Origin: an uncultured Candidatus Bathyarchaeia archaeon
GTDB lineage: Archaea; Thermoproteota; Bathyarchaeia; CAYZOK01
Length of the DNA stretch: 13,993 nucleotides
Direction: 5' to 3'
Assembly: GCA_964480335.1 (NCBI GenBank)
Contig: CAYZOK010000006.1
Coordinates: 9,990-23,982, forward strand
Positions 7,431 through 13,993 of the stretch are shown here, one piece after another. The position numbers and the translations under genes were made by a program. Within the stretch, counting starts at the first letter, position 1, and every line of letters begins with the position of its first letter. The notes below the pieces were generated by a model. It saw nothing but the letters and a program-made list of their open reading frames with translations, was not told where the DNA came from and searched no databases.

Positions 7431-8503
7431 AGTTAGAGGAACGCATTCAACTGATTACGCGCGATGCTGTCGAAGTTCTTACGCAGAATGATTTGGTGAG
7501 GCTTTTAAAGCAGGAAGAGGGGCCAGCGGGCTACATTGGGATAGAACCTAGTGGACTATTCCATCTAGGCTTCTCGATCTGGGCTCAGAAGGTCATAGAC
7601 CTAGTTGAAGCGAAAACCGACATGTGCGTTCTCTGGGCTACCTGGCATGCGGCGATCAACGACAAGCTGGGAGGAGATCTGGAAATGATCAAGGCCTGTG
7701 CGAGATACTTGGAGCATTGCTTATTCGCTCACGGACTTAAGCCAGGTCAAGTTCGTTTCATCTATGCTGAGGACCTGATGTCGGATCTCGATTATTGGGA
7801 GATCGTCCTACGAGTTGCTAAGCACCTAACATTAAGCAGAGTGAAGCGTGCCATGACCATCTTGGGAAGGAAAGCTGTTGATGCCGAACTCGACTTCGCC
7901 AAGTGCGTCTATCCCTGCCTTCAGATAGCGGATATTTTCTACGCTGGCTTCTCCATCTGCCTTGGAGGTATAGACCAACGCCGAGCGCACGTGCTAGCTC
8001 GAGAGCTCGCGCCGAAGCTCGGATTTCGGAAGCCAGTTGCAATCCATACCCCCATCTTGCTCGGATTAGCGGGGGTTGGCCGCATGGAGGTAGTAGGTGA
8101 AGAGTTATTCGAGTTCAAGATGTCAAAAAGCAAGCCCGAGCATGCGATCTTCGTTCACGATCCTCCGGAAGTTGTCAGGCTGAAAATCGAGAGAGCCTAT
8201 TGTCCACCTAAGGAAACCGTCAATAATCCTGTGATAGGCCTACACGAGAAGCTCATCTTCAAGCGAATCAAGCCTCCCTTGCTCGTCGAGAGGCCTCCTG
8301 AGTATGGGGGGAGGATCGAGTACTACAGCTTTCAGGAGCTCGTAAGTGCCTACAGAAGGGGAGAGCTTCATCCAGCTGATCTGAAGAAAGCTGCGGCCGA
8401 TGCGCTCATCGAGATTCTTAAGCCGATCCAGCGGTACTTTGAGACCAATCGAGAGGCTGCTCAGCTACTTGAGCAACTGAGGCAAGCGACTATAACGCGC
8501 TAG
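7421..8503 (+). CDS. tyrS: tyrosine--tRNA ligase (archaeal type)
   Basis: 360 aa. Class I motifs are a HIGH-like EPSGLFHLG and an exact KMSKS. It aligns well by eye to M. jannaschii TyrRS (YIGIEPSG, VYPCLQIADIFY, GGIDQRRAHVLAREL, KIERAYCP, ELHPADLK). The start is GTG at 7421 or TTG at 7427. Confidence 0.88.
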   Translation: MALKLEERIQLITRDAVEVLTQNDLVRLLKQEEGPAGYIGIEPSGLFHLGFSIWAQKVIDLVEAKTDMCVLWATWHAAINDKLGGDLEMIKACARYLEHCLFAHGLKPGQVRFIYAEDLMSDLDYWEIVLRVAKHLTLSRVKRAMTILGRKAVDAELDFAKCVYPCLQIADIFYAGFSICLGGIDQRRAHVLARELAPKLGFRKPVAIHTPILLGLAGVGRMEVVGEELFEFKMSKSKPEHAIFVHDPPEVVRLKIERAYCPPKETVNNPVIGLHEKLIFKRIKPPLLVERPPEYGGRIEYYSFQELVSAYRRGELHPADLKKAAADALIEILKPIQRYFETNREAAQLLEQLRQATITR

Positions 8504-8527
8504 AAAGCAGGAAAAGCAAAGTCGTCG

Positions 8528-8532
8528 TTTTT
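8528..8532 (+). terminator. oligo-T run (TTTTT) after tyrS, candidate archaeal terminator
   Basis: This is the only T5 tract in the 35-nt tyrS-yjbQ spacer. Archaeal RNA polymerase terminates at oligo-T. The call is weak because yjbQ has no obvious TATA of its own and may be co-transcribed. Confidence 0.25.
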
Positions 8533-8538
8533 CCTTCG

Positions 8539-8949
8539 ATGAAGGTCACGTTCGAAGTACTGCGTTTCTCGACCAAGTCGAAGTTTGAGGTTATCGACGT
8601 AACGGATGAAGTAGAAGAGGCCGTTACGAAATCTGGCGTGCGAGATGGGATCTGCTTGGTCTACGTGCCTCATGCGACGGCTGCCTTAATTGCAAATGAG
8701 AGCGAGAGCGGTCTCCTTCAAGACTTCATCAATAAACTCAGAGAGGACTTTCCGCCCGAGGGGGCTTGGTTGCATAATCGAATAGACGACAACGCGCACG
8801 CACATTTAGCTTCAGCATTCATCGGAGCATCGCGTACCTTCCCAGTTAGAGACAGAAGGCTGGTGAGGGGTACTTGGCAAAACCTCCTATTGCTAGAGCT
8901 GGACGGTCCTCGGACTCGCAGAATTGTGGTCGAAGTTCTTGGTGAATAG
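8539..8949 (+). CDS. yjbQ: YjbQ/UPF0047 family protein (secondary thiamine-phosphate synthase-like)
   Basis: 136 aa with characteristic segments DGICLVYVPHATAALIANE, D.NAHAHLASAFIGAS and RGTWQNLLLLELDGPR. Confidence 0.85.
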   Translation: MKVTFEVLRFSTKSKFEVIDVTDEVEEAVTKSGVRDGICLVYVPHATAALIANESESGLLQDFINKLREDFPPEGAWLHNRIDDNAHAHLASAFIGASRTFPVRDRRLVRGTWQNLLLLELDGPRTRRIVVEVLGE

Positions 8950-9020
8950 GGCTGGAGAGGTTATTCGAGGCGCTCGTTAAGCTATTAAGGAGGCTGCGCG
9001 ACGAAAGAGTCCCTATCATA

Positions 9021-9359
9021 GTGGAGGGAAGGCGAGACGCTGACTGCTTGAGGAAGCTCGGAATACGAGGGACCATCGTGTATGCAAGGGATTTGTCAAC
9101 AATTCTAAGGGGGTTGAAGGAGGTCGAAGAGGCGATCATCTTGACCGACTTTGATGAGGAAGGCGCGGAGCTGGCGCGCAAGCTAAAGTGGATGCTTGAG
9201 CGAGCTGGAGTGAGAGCTAATGATTGGTACTGGCGAGAGTTGAGGGCGCTCGTCGGGCGGTCTGTGAAGGGAGTGGAAGATTTGTACGGCTACATCGAGC
9301 GGAATGCTCCGAAGTTCAAAGCGCTCTATGGCCTGCTAGAAGCTGGGAGCCAGCCCTAG
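9021..9359 (+). CDS. small stand-alone Toprim-domain protein (UPF0292-like); true N-terminus probably lies upstream, around 8946-8952
   Basis: Toprim motifs are the glutamate in (PII)VEGRRDA and the DxD-type acidic cluster ILTDFDEEG. The track start, GTG at 9021, falls inside the conserved IIVEG strand. The frame stays open back to 8946 and reads IGLERLFEALVKLLRRLRDERVPII, but that stretch contains no ATG, GTG or TTG. Confidence 0.7.
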   Translation: MEGRRDADCLRKLGIRGTIVYARDLSTILRGLKEVEEAIILTDFDEEGAELARKLKWMLERAGVRANDWYWRELRALVGRSVKGVEDLYGYIERNAPKFKALYGLLEAGSQP

Positions 9360-10389
9360 GTCTTAGATCGCAAACTCCTAGCGACTCGTCAGTTTTTTCA
9401 ATAGAAGCTCTGGCGTTGGTCTCAAGCTCCGTCATCGCGCGGATAGCATCGATGTTTTCAGGGATGACGATTGCTTCGCTATGGACGGCTGCTATCCAGT
9501 ACGCTTCGCCTTCCTTGACAGAAATCGACTTGTCAAAGATGGTTAGCTCCCACATGTCGTAGCGAGGTCTGCCTAGATCTCTCATGAATTCGATGATCGT
9601 CTGAGTGCCATCGAAGCCGTCAGCTGCGCTGAGTAAGATCATTCTGGGCTCTCGCCTGAAGAGGTCTAGCATGTCGCCTTCCGAAACGCCTGCCTTAGGT
9701 TCGACCATGACGAAGTGCGTATGAGCTAGCGTCGTCGGCACCTTGCACGATAGCGTCACTATATTCAAGTCCGGGAGGACTGTTTTAGCATCAGGCCCGT
9801 GGTGGGATGGAGTCACCAGATCGGGAATCGTAGCGTTGATGGGCCCCTTGCTCCCCTCCCATGGATCTGCAGCTCTGCGCACGATTATTACCCGCGCCTT
9901 CTTCACTCCGAACTCCCGATGAAATGCGCCGAGACTTCTGCATATTGCCGTCGTATTGCATGAAACTATCCTGACGAAATCCCTACCTAATGCTTCTTCG
10001 TAATTGCACTGGGCGACAAACGACATTTCAGCGACATCAGCCTTTTCGCCTCCCTCGAAGACTGCCTTTACTCCAGCCTTCTCGTACCTTGGCTTATTCG
10101 TAGCCCCGATGCCAGGCGGAGTGCAGTCTATTACAAGGTCAACTTCCTCTAGAAGGTCGTTTAGCGTGCCAGCAACTTCGAGCCCTCCCTTCTCCATCAG
10201 CTCAAGCTTGTCAGGCAGGGATGCGTAAACTGTATAGCCTTTCCCGGTAGCTAGCTTAACCCGCCAGTTCGGCGAAATATCGGCGATCCCAACGAGTTTC
10301 ATATCGTCTTGCAACGCCACAGCATCGGATACCCGCTTGCCTATGGTCCCATAGCCATTGACAGCGACCTTGGCAATTGGTTTTGGCAT
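9316..10389 (-). CDS. gap: glyceraldehyde-3-phosphate dehydrogenase, archaeal type II (phosphorylating, NAD(P)-dependent)
   Basis: Motifs are KVAVNGYGTIGKRV (Rossmann), the catalytic-Cys motif IVSCNTT, HHGPD and AVHSEAIVIPENIDAIRAM. The ATG at 10387-10389 is preferred over the adjacent TTG at 10392. The C-terminus runs about 18 aa beyond the usual ...KT.ESLG end and overlaps the convergent Toprim gene by 44 nt. Confidence 0.92.
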   Translation of the reverse strand: MPKPIAKVAVNGYGTIGKRVSDAVALQDDMKLVGIADISPNWRVKLATGKGYTVYASLPDKLELMEKGGLEVAGTLNDLLEEVDLVIDCTPPGIGATNKPRYEKAGVKAVFEGGEKADVAEMSFVAQCNYEEALGRDFVRIVSCNTTAICRSLGAFHREFGVKKARVIIVRRAADPWEGSKGPINATIPDLVTPSHHGPDAKTVLPDLNIVTLSCKVPTTLAHTHFVMVEPKAGVSEGDMLDLFRREPRMILLSAADGFDGTQTIIEFMRDLGRPRYDMWELTIFDKSISVKEGEAYWIAAVHSEAIVIPENIDAIRAMTELETNARASIEKTDESLGVCDLRPRAGSQLLAGHRAL

Positions 10390-10412
10390 CAATAAGTACT
10401 AGCAGGTGAAGT

Positions 10413-10443
10413 TGAAAAGAGCGTCCGCGCGGACACCTTATAA
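10413..10443. promoter_or_regulatory. divergent gap/dnaG promoter: TTTTCA (minus strand, 10418-10413), 12-nt palindrome GTCCGCGCGGAC (10423-10434), TTATAA (10438-10443)
   Basis: The minus-strand box is centred about 27 nt from the gap ATG (10389). TTATAA, which lies within the palindromic CTTATAAG, is centred about 33 nt from the dnaG GTG (10474). A perfect GC palindrome sits between the two boxes with 3-4 nt spacers, overlapping both BRE positions. Confidence 0.35.
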
Positions 10444-10473
10444 GAGCGATGCGCTTTTTACTCGCGACTTTAG

Positions 10474-11625
10474 GTGGTCAAAGTGGTAGCCTCTCTTCCG
10501 AAGTACCTCATAAGCGCCAAGATAGAAGTTGATGGACCTGTCGAAAAGCCAGACGTAATCGGAGCCATCTTCGGACAAACAGAAGGTCTCTTCCCAGACA
10601 TGAACTTGCACGAGCTGCAGGAGAAGGGTAGAGTTGGGCGGATAGAGGTCGAACTTGAGCAGAAAGAGGGCAGGATCCTAGGAGCCATAAGGATACCGAC
10701 GAGCCTTGACAGAACCGCTACGGCTCTTTTGGCAGCGATAGTCGAAAGCGTTGAGCGAGTTGGGCCCTACGCATGCAAGATCTCCATCGACAAGATACTC
10801 GACGTACGCCACGAGAAGCGCAGGTCGATCGCCAGGCGAGCCAAAGAATTGCTCAGGGCTTGGACTTTGGAAACAAAGGTGGAGGTTGAGGAGCTCGTTA
10901 AAGGAGTTCAAGAAGTGCTTCGAGCCCCCCAGCTGATTGAGTATGGAGAAGATCGATTGCCTGCAGGAGCCGGGGTAGAGATTTCCCCTTCGATCATTGT
11001 TGTTGAGGGCCGGGCAGATGTCTTGCACCTGCTCGATCTCGGCTATACGAACGTGATTGCGATGGAAGGCGCTCACGTCCCCGAAACAATTGTAAAGCTG
11101 AGCGAAAAGCGCGAAGTGACGGCATTCCTTGATGGAGACCGCAGCGGAGATCTGCTTCTGAAGGAGCTGTTGAGCAAAGCTTCCGTCGATTTTGTCGCTC
11201 GAGCGCCTCGCGGAAAGGAAGTTGAGTCTCTAACGGGAAAAGAAGTTGCCAAAGCCCTCCGGGAGCGCATTCCAGCGAGCGAGGCGCTGAAAGTCGTCGA
11301 AGCTCCCCTGCCCATTCCACGAGCAGTAGCCGAGCTCATTCCAAGCTTGAGGGATACGCTGGAAGCCGTTCTGCTCGATGAGCAGGGAAGGGAAGTTGCG
11401 CGCTTTCCTGTAAGCCAGCTCGTTAAAAAGTTAGACGAGGTGAAGGGTGTGCGCACTATAGTGTTCGACGGAGTCATAACTCAGCGACTCGTTGATGCGG
11501 CAGGCAAGCAGGGCATCCAACTGATAATAGGGGAAAGGTTGGCCAGAGGGGTCAAAGACTTAGGACTCTGCTTGCTGACGTCCTCGCAGGCGCTTAAGCG
11601 AGGTAGCCTTCGAGCGAGGTCTTAG
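10474..11625 (+). CDS. dnaG: archaeal DnaG (Toprim primase-like protein / exosome-associated)
   Basis: The N-terminal signature is KYLISAKIEVDGPVEKPDVIGAIFGQTEGL. The Toprim core is IIVVEGRADVLHLLDLGYTNVIAMEG ... AFLDGDRSGDLLLKEL. The start is GTG at 10474, or GTG at 10483, which is preceded by GGTG at 10473-10476. The 3' end overlaps the polB 3' end by 32 nt. Confidence 0.88.
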   Translation: MVKVVASLPKYLISAKIEVDGPVEKPDVIGAIFGQTEGLFPDMNLHELQEKGRVGRIEVELEQKEGRILGAIRIPTSLDRTATALLAAIVESVERVGPYACKISIDKILDVRHEKRRSIARRAKELLRAWTLETKVEVEELVKGVQEVLRAPQLIEYGEDRLPAGAGVEISPSIIVVEGRADVLHLLDLGYTNVIAMEGAHVPETIVKLSEKREVTAFLDGDRSGDLLLKELLSKASVDFVARAPRGKEVESLTGKEVAKALRERIPASEALKVVEAPLPIPRAVAELIPSLRDTLEAVLLDEQGREVARFPVSQLVKKLDEVKGVRTIVFDGVITQRLVDAAGKQGIQLIIGERLARGVKDLGLCLLTSSQALKRGSLRARS

Positions 11626-13966
11626 GCTTTAGGTCTTCCTCGGAGACGTCGAACACGCTGAGGATTCTGGCAGCAGTTGGTATGATTTGGTAATCCTCGT
11701 AGTATTGAAGGTCGATATCATCGTACGAAGCCAACGTATACGGCATTGCCCTTTCGTAAAGCTTTCCAGGACCTTTCGCGATCACGTAACCGACCTTATC
11801 GCCCAGAGTTAGTTCGAGCCCGGCTTCGAGAAGGCGTTTTGCAGCTTCGACATGCGGAGCTCGGACGGCATATTCCTTGAGGCGCTTCGTTAAGGCCTTC
11901 CAGATGATCAACCTCTCGATGGGCACCTTCCTCCCACGAAGAGCTAGGATTTGCTTGCGCACATAATCAACGGCTTTTTCGACCGAGCGTTCCTCAAGTA
12001 TGATCTTTAGCACCTCACGCTGGACGTTCTTGGCGATCTCAGCCCAGTCTCCTCGAACCACTTCTAGACCTACGATATCGAGCCAACCTTCCGTCGTTAT
12101 CCCAGCATACCTCTTCTTCGCTTCCGTGAAGAGTATGCGCTTGTAGATCTTGTCGGGCTTAATCTCGAGGCCGATCTGCTTCTCGATCTCGTTTGCAAAT
12201 TCTTCAATTTTGGCAGGATCGTACCTGACGAATAGGCTGTCAGTGTCTCCATAAATTATCTTGAGGCCGAGCTTGCTAGCCAGCTCTATGGCGCTAGAGA
12301 TGGCATATCGACCCCAAGCTGTCGTTGCTTCTGCGACGGGCTTGAGGAACCAACGGGCGCCTATCCACCCGGTATAGCCGTAGCATGCATTCGTAATCAC
12401 CTTGATGGCCTTTTGGCGAGCATCAAGGATCCGGTACTCGACACTCTTCGTATCTAGCTCCTTAACCTTCTTTCGAATTGCACTGCGCGCTTCGATCAGC
12501 GTTGAGAGGACTTGTTTGTAGAATCCCGGAGGATCTCTCCTGAACTTGTGGCCGACATCAGGAGCCACGTATACTCCTGCGGAAGGTTCTGGCTCCTTAG
12601 GAGGGACATAGGTGTCTGGAGAGAGGTTTCTCTCGATCATCAGCGTCGGATACATCGACTTAAAGTCCAGAACGGCCACGTCCTCGTGCATGCCAGGCTT
12701 GGGTTCTAGAACGAGCGCGCCAACGTAAGGAATGTAAGGTCTCTCAACCCGCTTCGGAATGAGCTCGCCTAGACGATGAGCACGCCTCATCAGGAAGCTC
12801 TCAACTCTGAACCCTATCGCAGCCGTGCCTACGTGATCGAGGGGAAGGCCTGTCAGGCTCGATAGCTGAATCGCAAAGTCGAGCATCGCGTCCGAAATTC
12901 CCAGAATGCTTCTAGCATCCTCGGCTGAGCACTCTAACAGCTTGGGGCGCCTCTCGGGATCATCCCAGTATCTGGCGATGTCGACCTCTTCGATGATCGT
13001 TCGTTCTTCGCGCTTGCGCACGCCGAGGAAGTCCGCTACGTTGGCTAGGGTCTTAACCTTGATTTCTGGAATGTCCTCGGCAAAGTCGTACCAGTCAACG
13101 TTGGCTCGCCCGACTATGGATACGTGGCCGTAGACGCTTCGGTGGGGTTCGGAATCACATCGATCCACCGCGAGCGCTACTCGATTCCGCTTAGCTCGCT
13201 CAATGAGGTACGGCCACCCTTCTCTATTCGAAGCGTAGCCAACGATTACGTCCGGATCGAATTCCTGGACAAAGCCTACGAATTCTGCTATAACTTCAGC
13301 GTCGCTGCTATCTCTAGCCATAAACTGTTTCTCCTGACCGTCGTTTGTAGCAACCGAGATCACTATGATCGGGTCTCGCTCAGGTCTCGGCGATCCAACC
13401 TTGCTATAGCACATCATAGCGAAGCTCATGACGCGCAGGCTGACGGGCTTGACTTCTTCAATAGGCTTGGGAGTTTCCTTGGCGAGGTAGACGCGGTCGA
13501 CGCGAGCTCCCATATAGTTGCCGACTTCTTCGACTTCGACTTCGTGCCAGGCACAAGGCGTCACTTCTGTCCGGATCAAGTACTGAGTCGAGTACCGCAA
13601 ATCGTCTTCCAGAACCCTATCGACGCTCCTTAGCTTGCTGATCCTCCTCGCGTAGCGCTCAAGAACAGCCGGATCGCTGCATACGATCTCGATCGCTTTG
13701 ACAGGTCTGCCGAAGTACTTCTTCTCGACAAGTTTAATGCTGGAGATCAGGGGGAGGTCGACGCGGCGGAGCGACTCGATCTCTCGCAAGGTTGCCTCAG
13801 GATCTTCGCGAGGGATGGCGAAGAACGAGGGCAAGAAGCTGCGGTCGATCACGACAACTCTCTGCTGCTCGCCGTCGAAGCCCCAAAGCCTAATCTCGGG
13901 TCCTTCCTTCCCCCTCGCCTCATATGTTATGTCGAGCAACCAAAACTCGACCTGCAAGCCAATCAA
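11594..13966 (-). CDS. polB: family B DNA polymerase (Pfu/PolB3-like length and architecture) with degenerate 3'-5' exonuclease motifs
   Basis: 790 aa. Polymerase motifs are A: LDFKSMYPTLM, B: RQKAIKVITNACYGYTGW, and C: IIYGDTDSLF (12236-12253). It is colinear by eye with the Pyrococcus furiosus polymerase throughout. Candidate TTG starts are at 13966 and 13957; the latter lies about 27 nt from a TATA-like box. Confidence 0.9.
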   Translation of the reverse strand: MIGLQVEFWLLDITYEARGKEGPEIRLWGFDGEQQRVVVIDRSFLPSFFAIPREDPEATLREIESLRRVDLPLISSIKLVEKKYFGRPVKAIEIVCSDPAVLERYARRISKLRSVDRVLEDDLRYSTQYLIRTEVTPCAWHEVEVEEVGNYMGARVDRVYLAKETPKPIEEVKPVSLRVMSFAMMCYSKVGSPRPERDPIIVISVATNDGQEKQFMARDSSDAEVIAEFVGFVQEFDPDVIVGYASNREGWPYLIERAKRNRVALAVDRCDSEPHRSVYGHVSIVGRANVDWYDFAEDIPEIKVKTLANVADFLGVRKREERTIIEEVDIARYWDDPERRPKLLECSAEDARSILGISDAMLDFAIQLSSLTGLPLDHVGTAAIGFRVESFLMRRAHRLGELIPKRVERPYIPYVGALVLEPKPGMHEDVAVLDFKSMYPTLMIERNLSPDTYVPPKEPEPSAGVYVAPDVGHKFRRDPPGFYKQVLSTLIEARSAIRKKVKELDTKSVEYRILDARQKAIKVITNACYGYTGWIGARWFLKPVAEATTAWGRYAISSAIELASKLGLKIIYGDTDSLFVRYDPAKIEEFANEIEKQIGLEIKPDKIYKRILFTEAKKRYAGITTEGWLDIVGLEVVRGDWAEIAKNVQREVLKIILEERSVEKAVDYVRKQILALRGRKVPIERLIIWKALTKRLKEYAVRAPHVEAAKRLLEAGLELTLGDKVGYVIAKGPGKLYERAMPYTLASYDDIDLQYYEDYQIIPTAARILSVFDVSEEDLKPKTSLEGYLA

Positions 13967-13981
13967 AGGAGCAAGTTAGCC

Positions 13982-13987
13982 TTAAAA
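13982..13987 (-). promoter_or_regulatory. TATA-like box (TTTTAA on minus strand) upstream of polB
   Basis: The minus strand reads cgTTTTAAgg. It is centred about 27 nt upstream of the in-frame TTG at 13957-13955 and about 18 nt from the TTG at 13966. Confidence 0.3.
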
Positions 13988-13993
13988 CGGGTT

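Noticed and set aside
8539-9359. Programmed frameshift or readthrough fusing YjbQ to the Toprim ORF
   Set aside because: The Toprim frame upstream of its TGA (8943-8945) translates to non-protein-like sequence back to a TAG at 8847-8849. There is no slippery heptamer at the junction. A YjbQ-Toprim fusion has no precedent that I know of.
11594-13966. Intein or insertion in PolB
   Set aside because: The protein is colinear with intein-free Pfu-type polymerases at 790 versus about 775 aa. There are no extra blocks interrupting motifs A, B or C.

Overview
This is a compact archaeal chromosomal region dominated by housekeeping genes. I saw no CRISPR array, transposase or obvious mobile element. 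The archaeal assignment rests on a BHB-intron tRNA, type-2 MetAP, archaeal PPAT, archaeal PheRS alpha/beta, type-II GAPDH, DnaG and a family-B polymerase.

Gene order, left to right:
- A minus-strand ORF that runs off the left edge and is missing from the supplied ORF track.
- An intron-containing tRNA-Trp(CCA).
- A stand-alone 5S rRNA.
- A DUF1512-like membrane protein with an overlapping membrane zinc-ribbon ORF.
- Methionine aminopeptidase (minus strand).
- A tightly overlapping plus-strand operon: PPAT, pheS, pheT, a UPF0146-like methyltransferase-fold protein, and tyrS.
- YjbQ/UPF0047.
- A small Toprim protein.
- Archaeal GAPDH (minus strand).
- DnaG.
- A family-B DNA polymerase (minus strand).

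Observations most worth following up:
1. The PolB has intact polymerase motifs, but the Exo I and Exo II carboxylates are replaced, so it looks like a natural exo-minus enzyme.
2. The small Toprim ORF has a conserved-looking N-terminal segment with no ATG/GTG/TTG available to start it.
3. TATA-like boxes sit about 27 nt upstream of GTG/TTG/ATG starts at several genes. This implies leaderless transcripts, often with non-AUG starts, and three very compact bidirectional promoters. One of these has a central 12-nt GC palindrome.
4. Two uncharacterised modules are translationally coupled to neighbours: DUF1512 with the zinc-ribbon protein, and UPF0146 inside the aaRS operon.

All family assignments come from reading the translations and recalling motifs. 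No searches were run.
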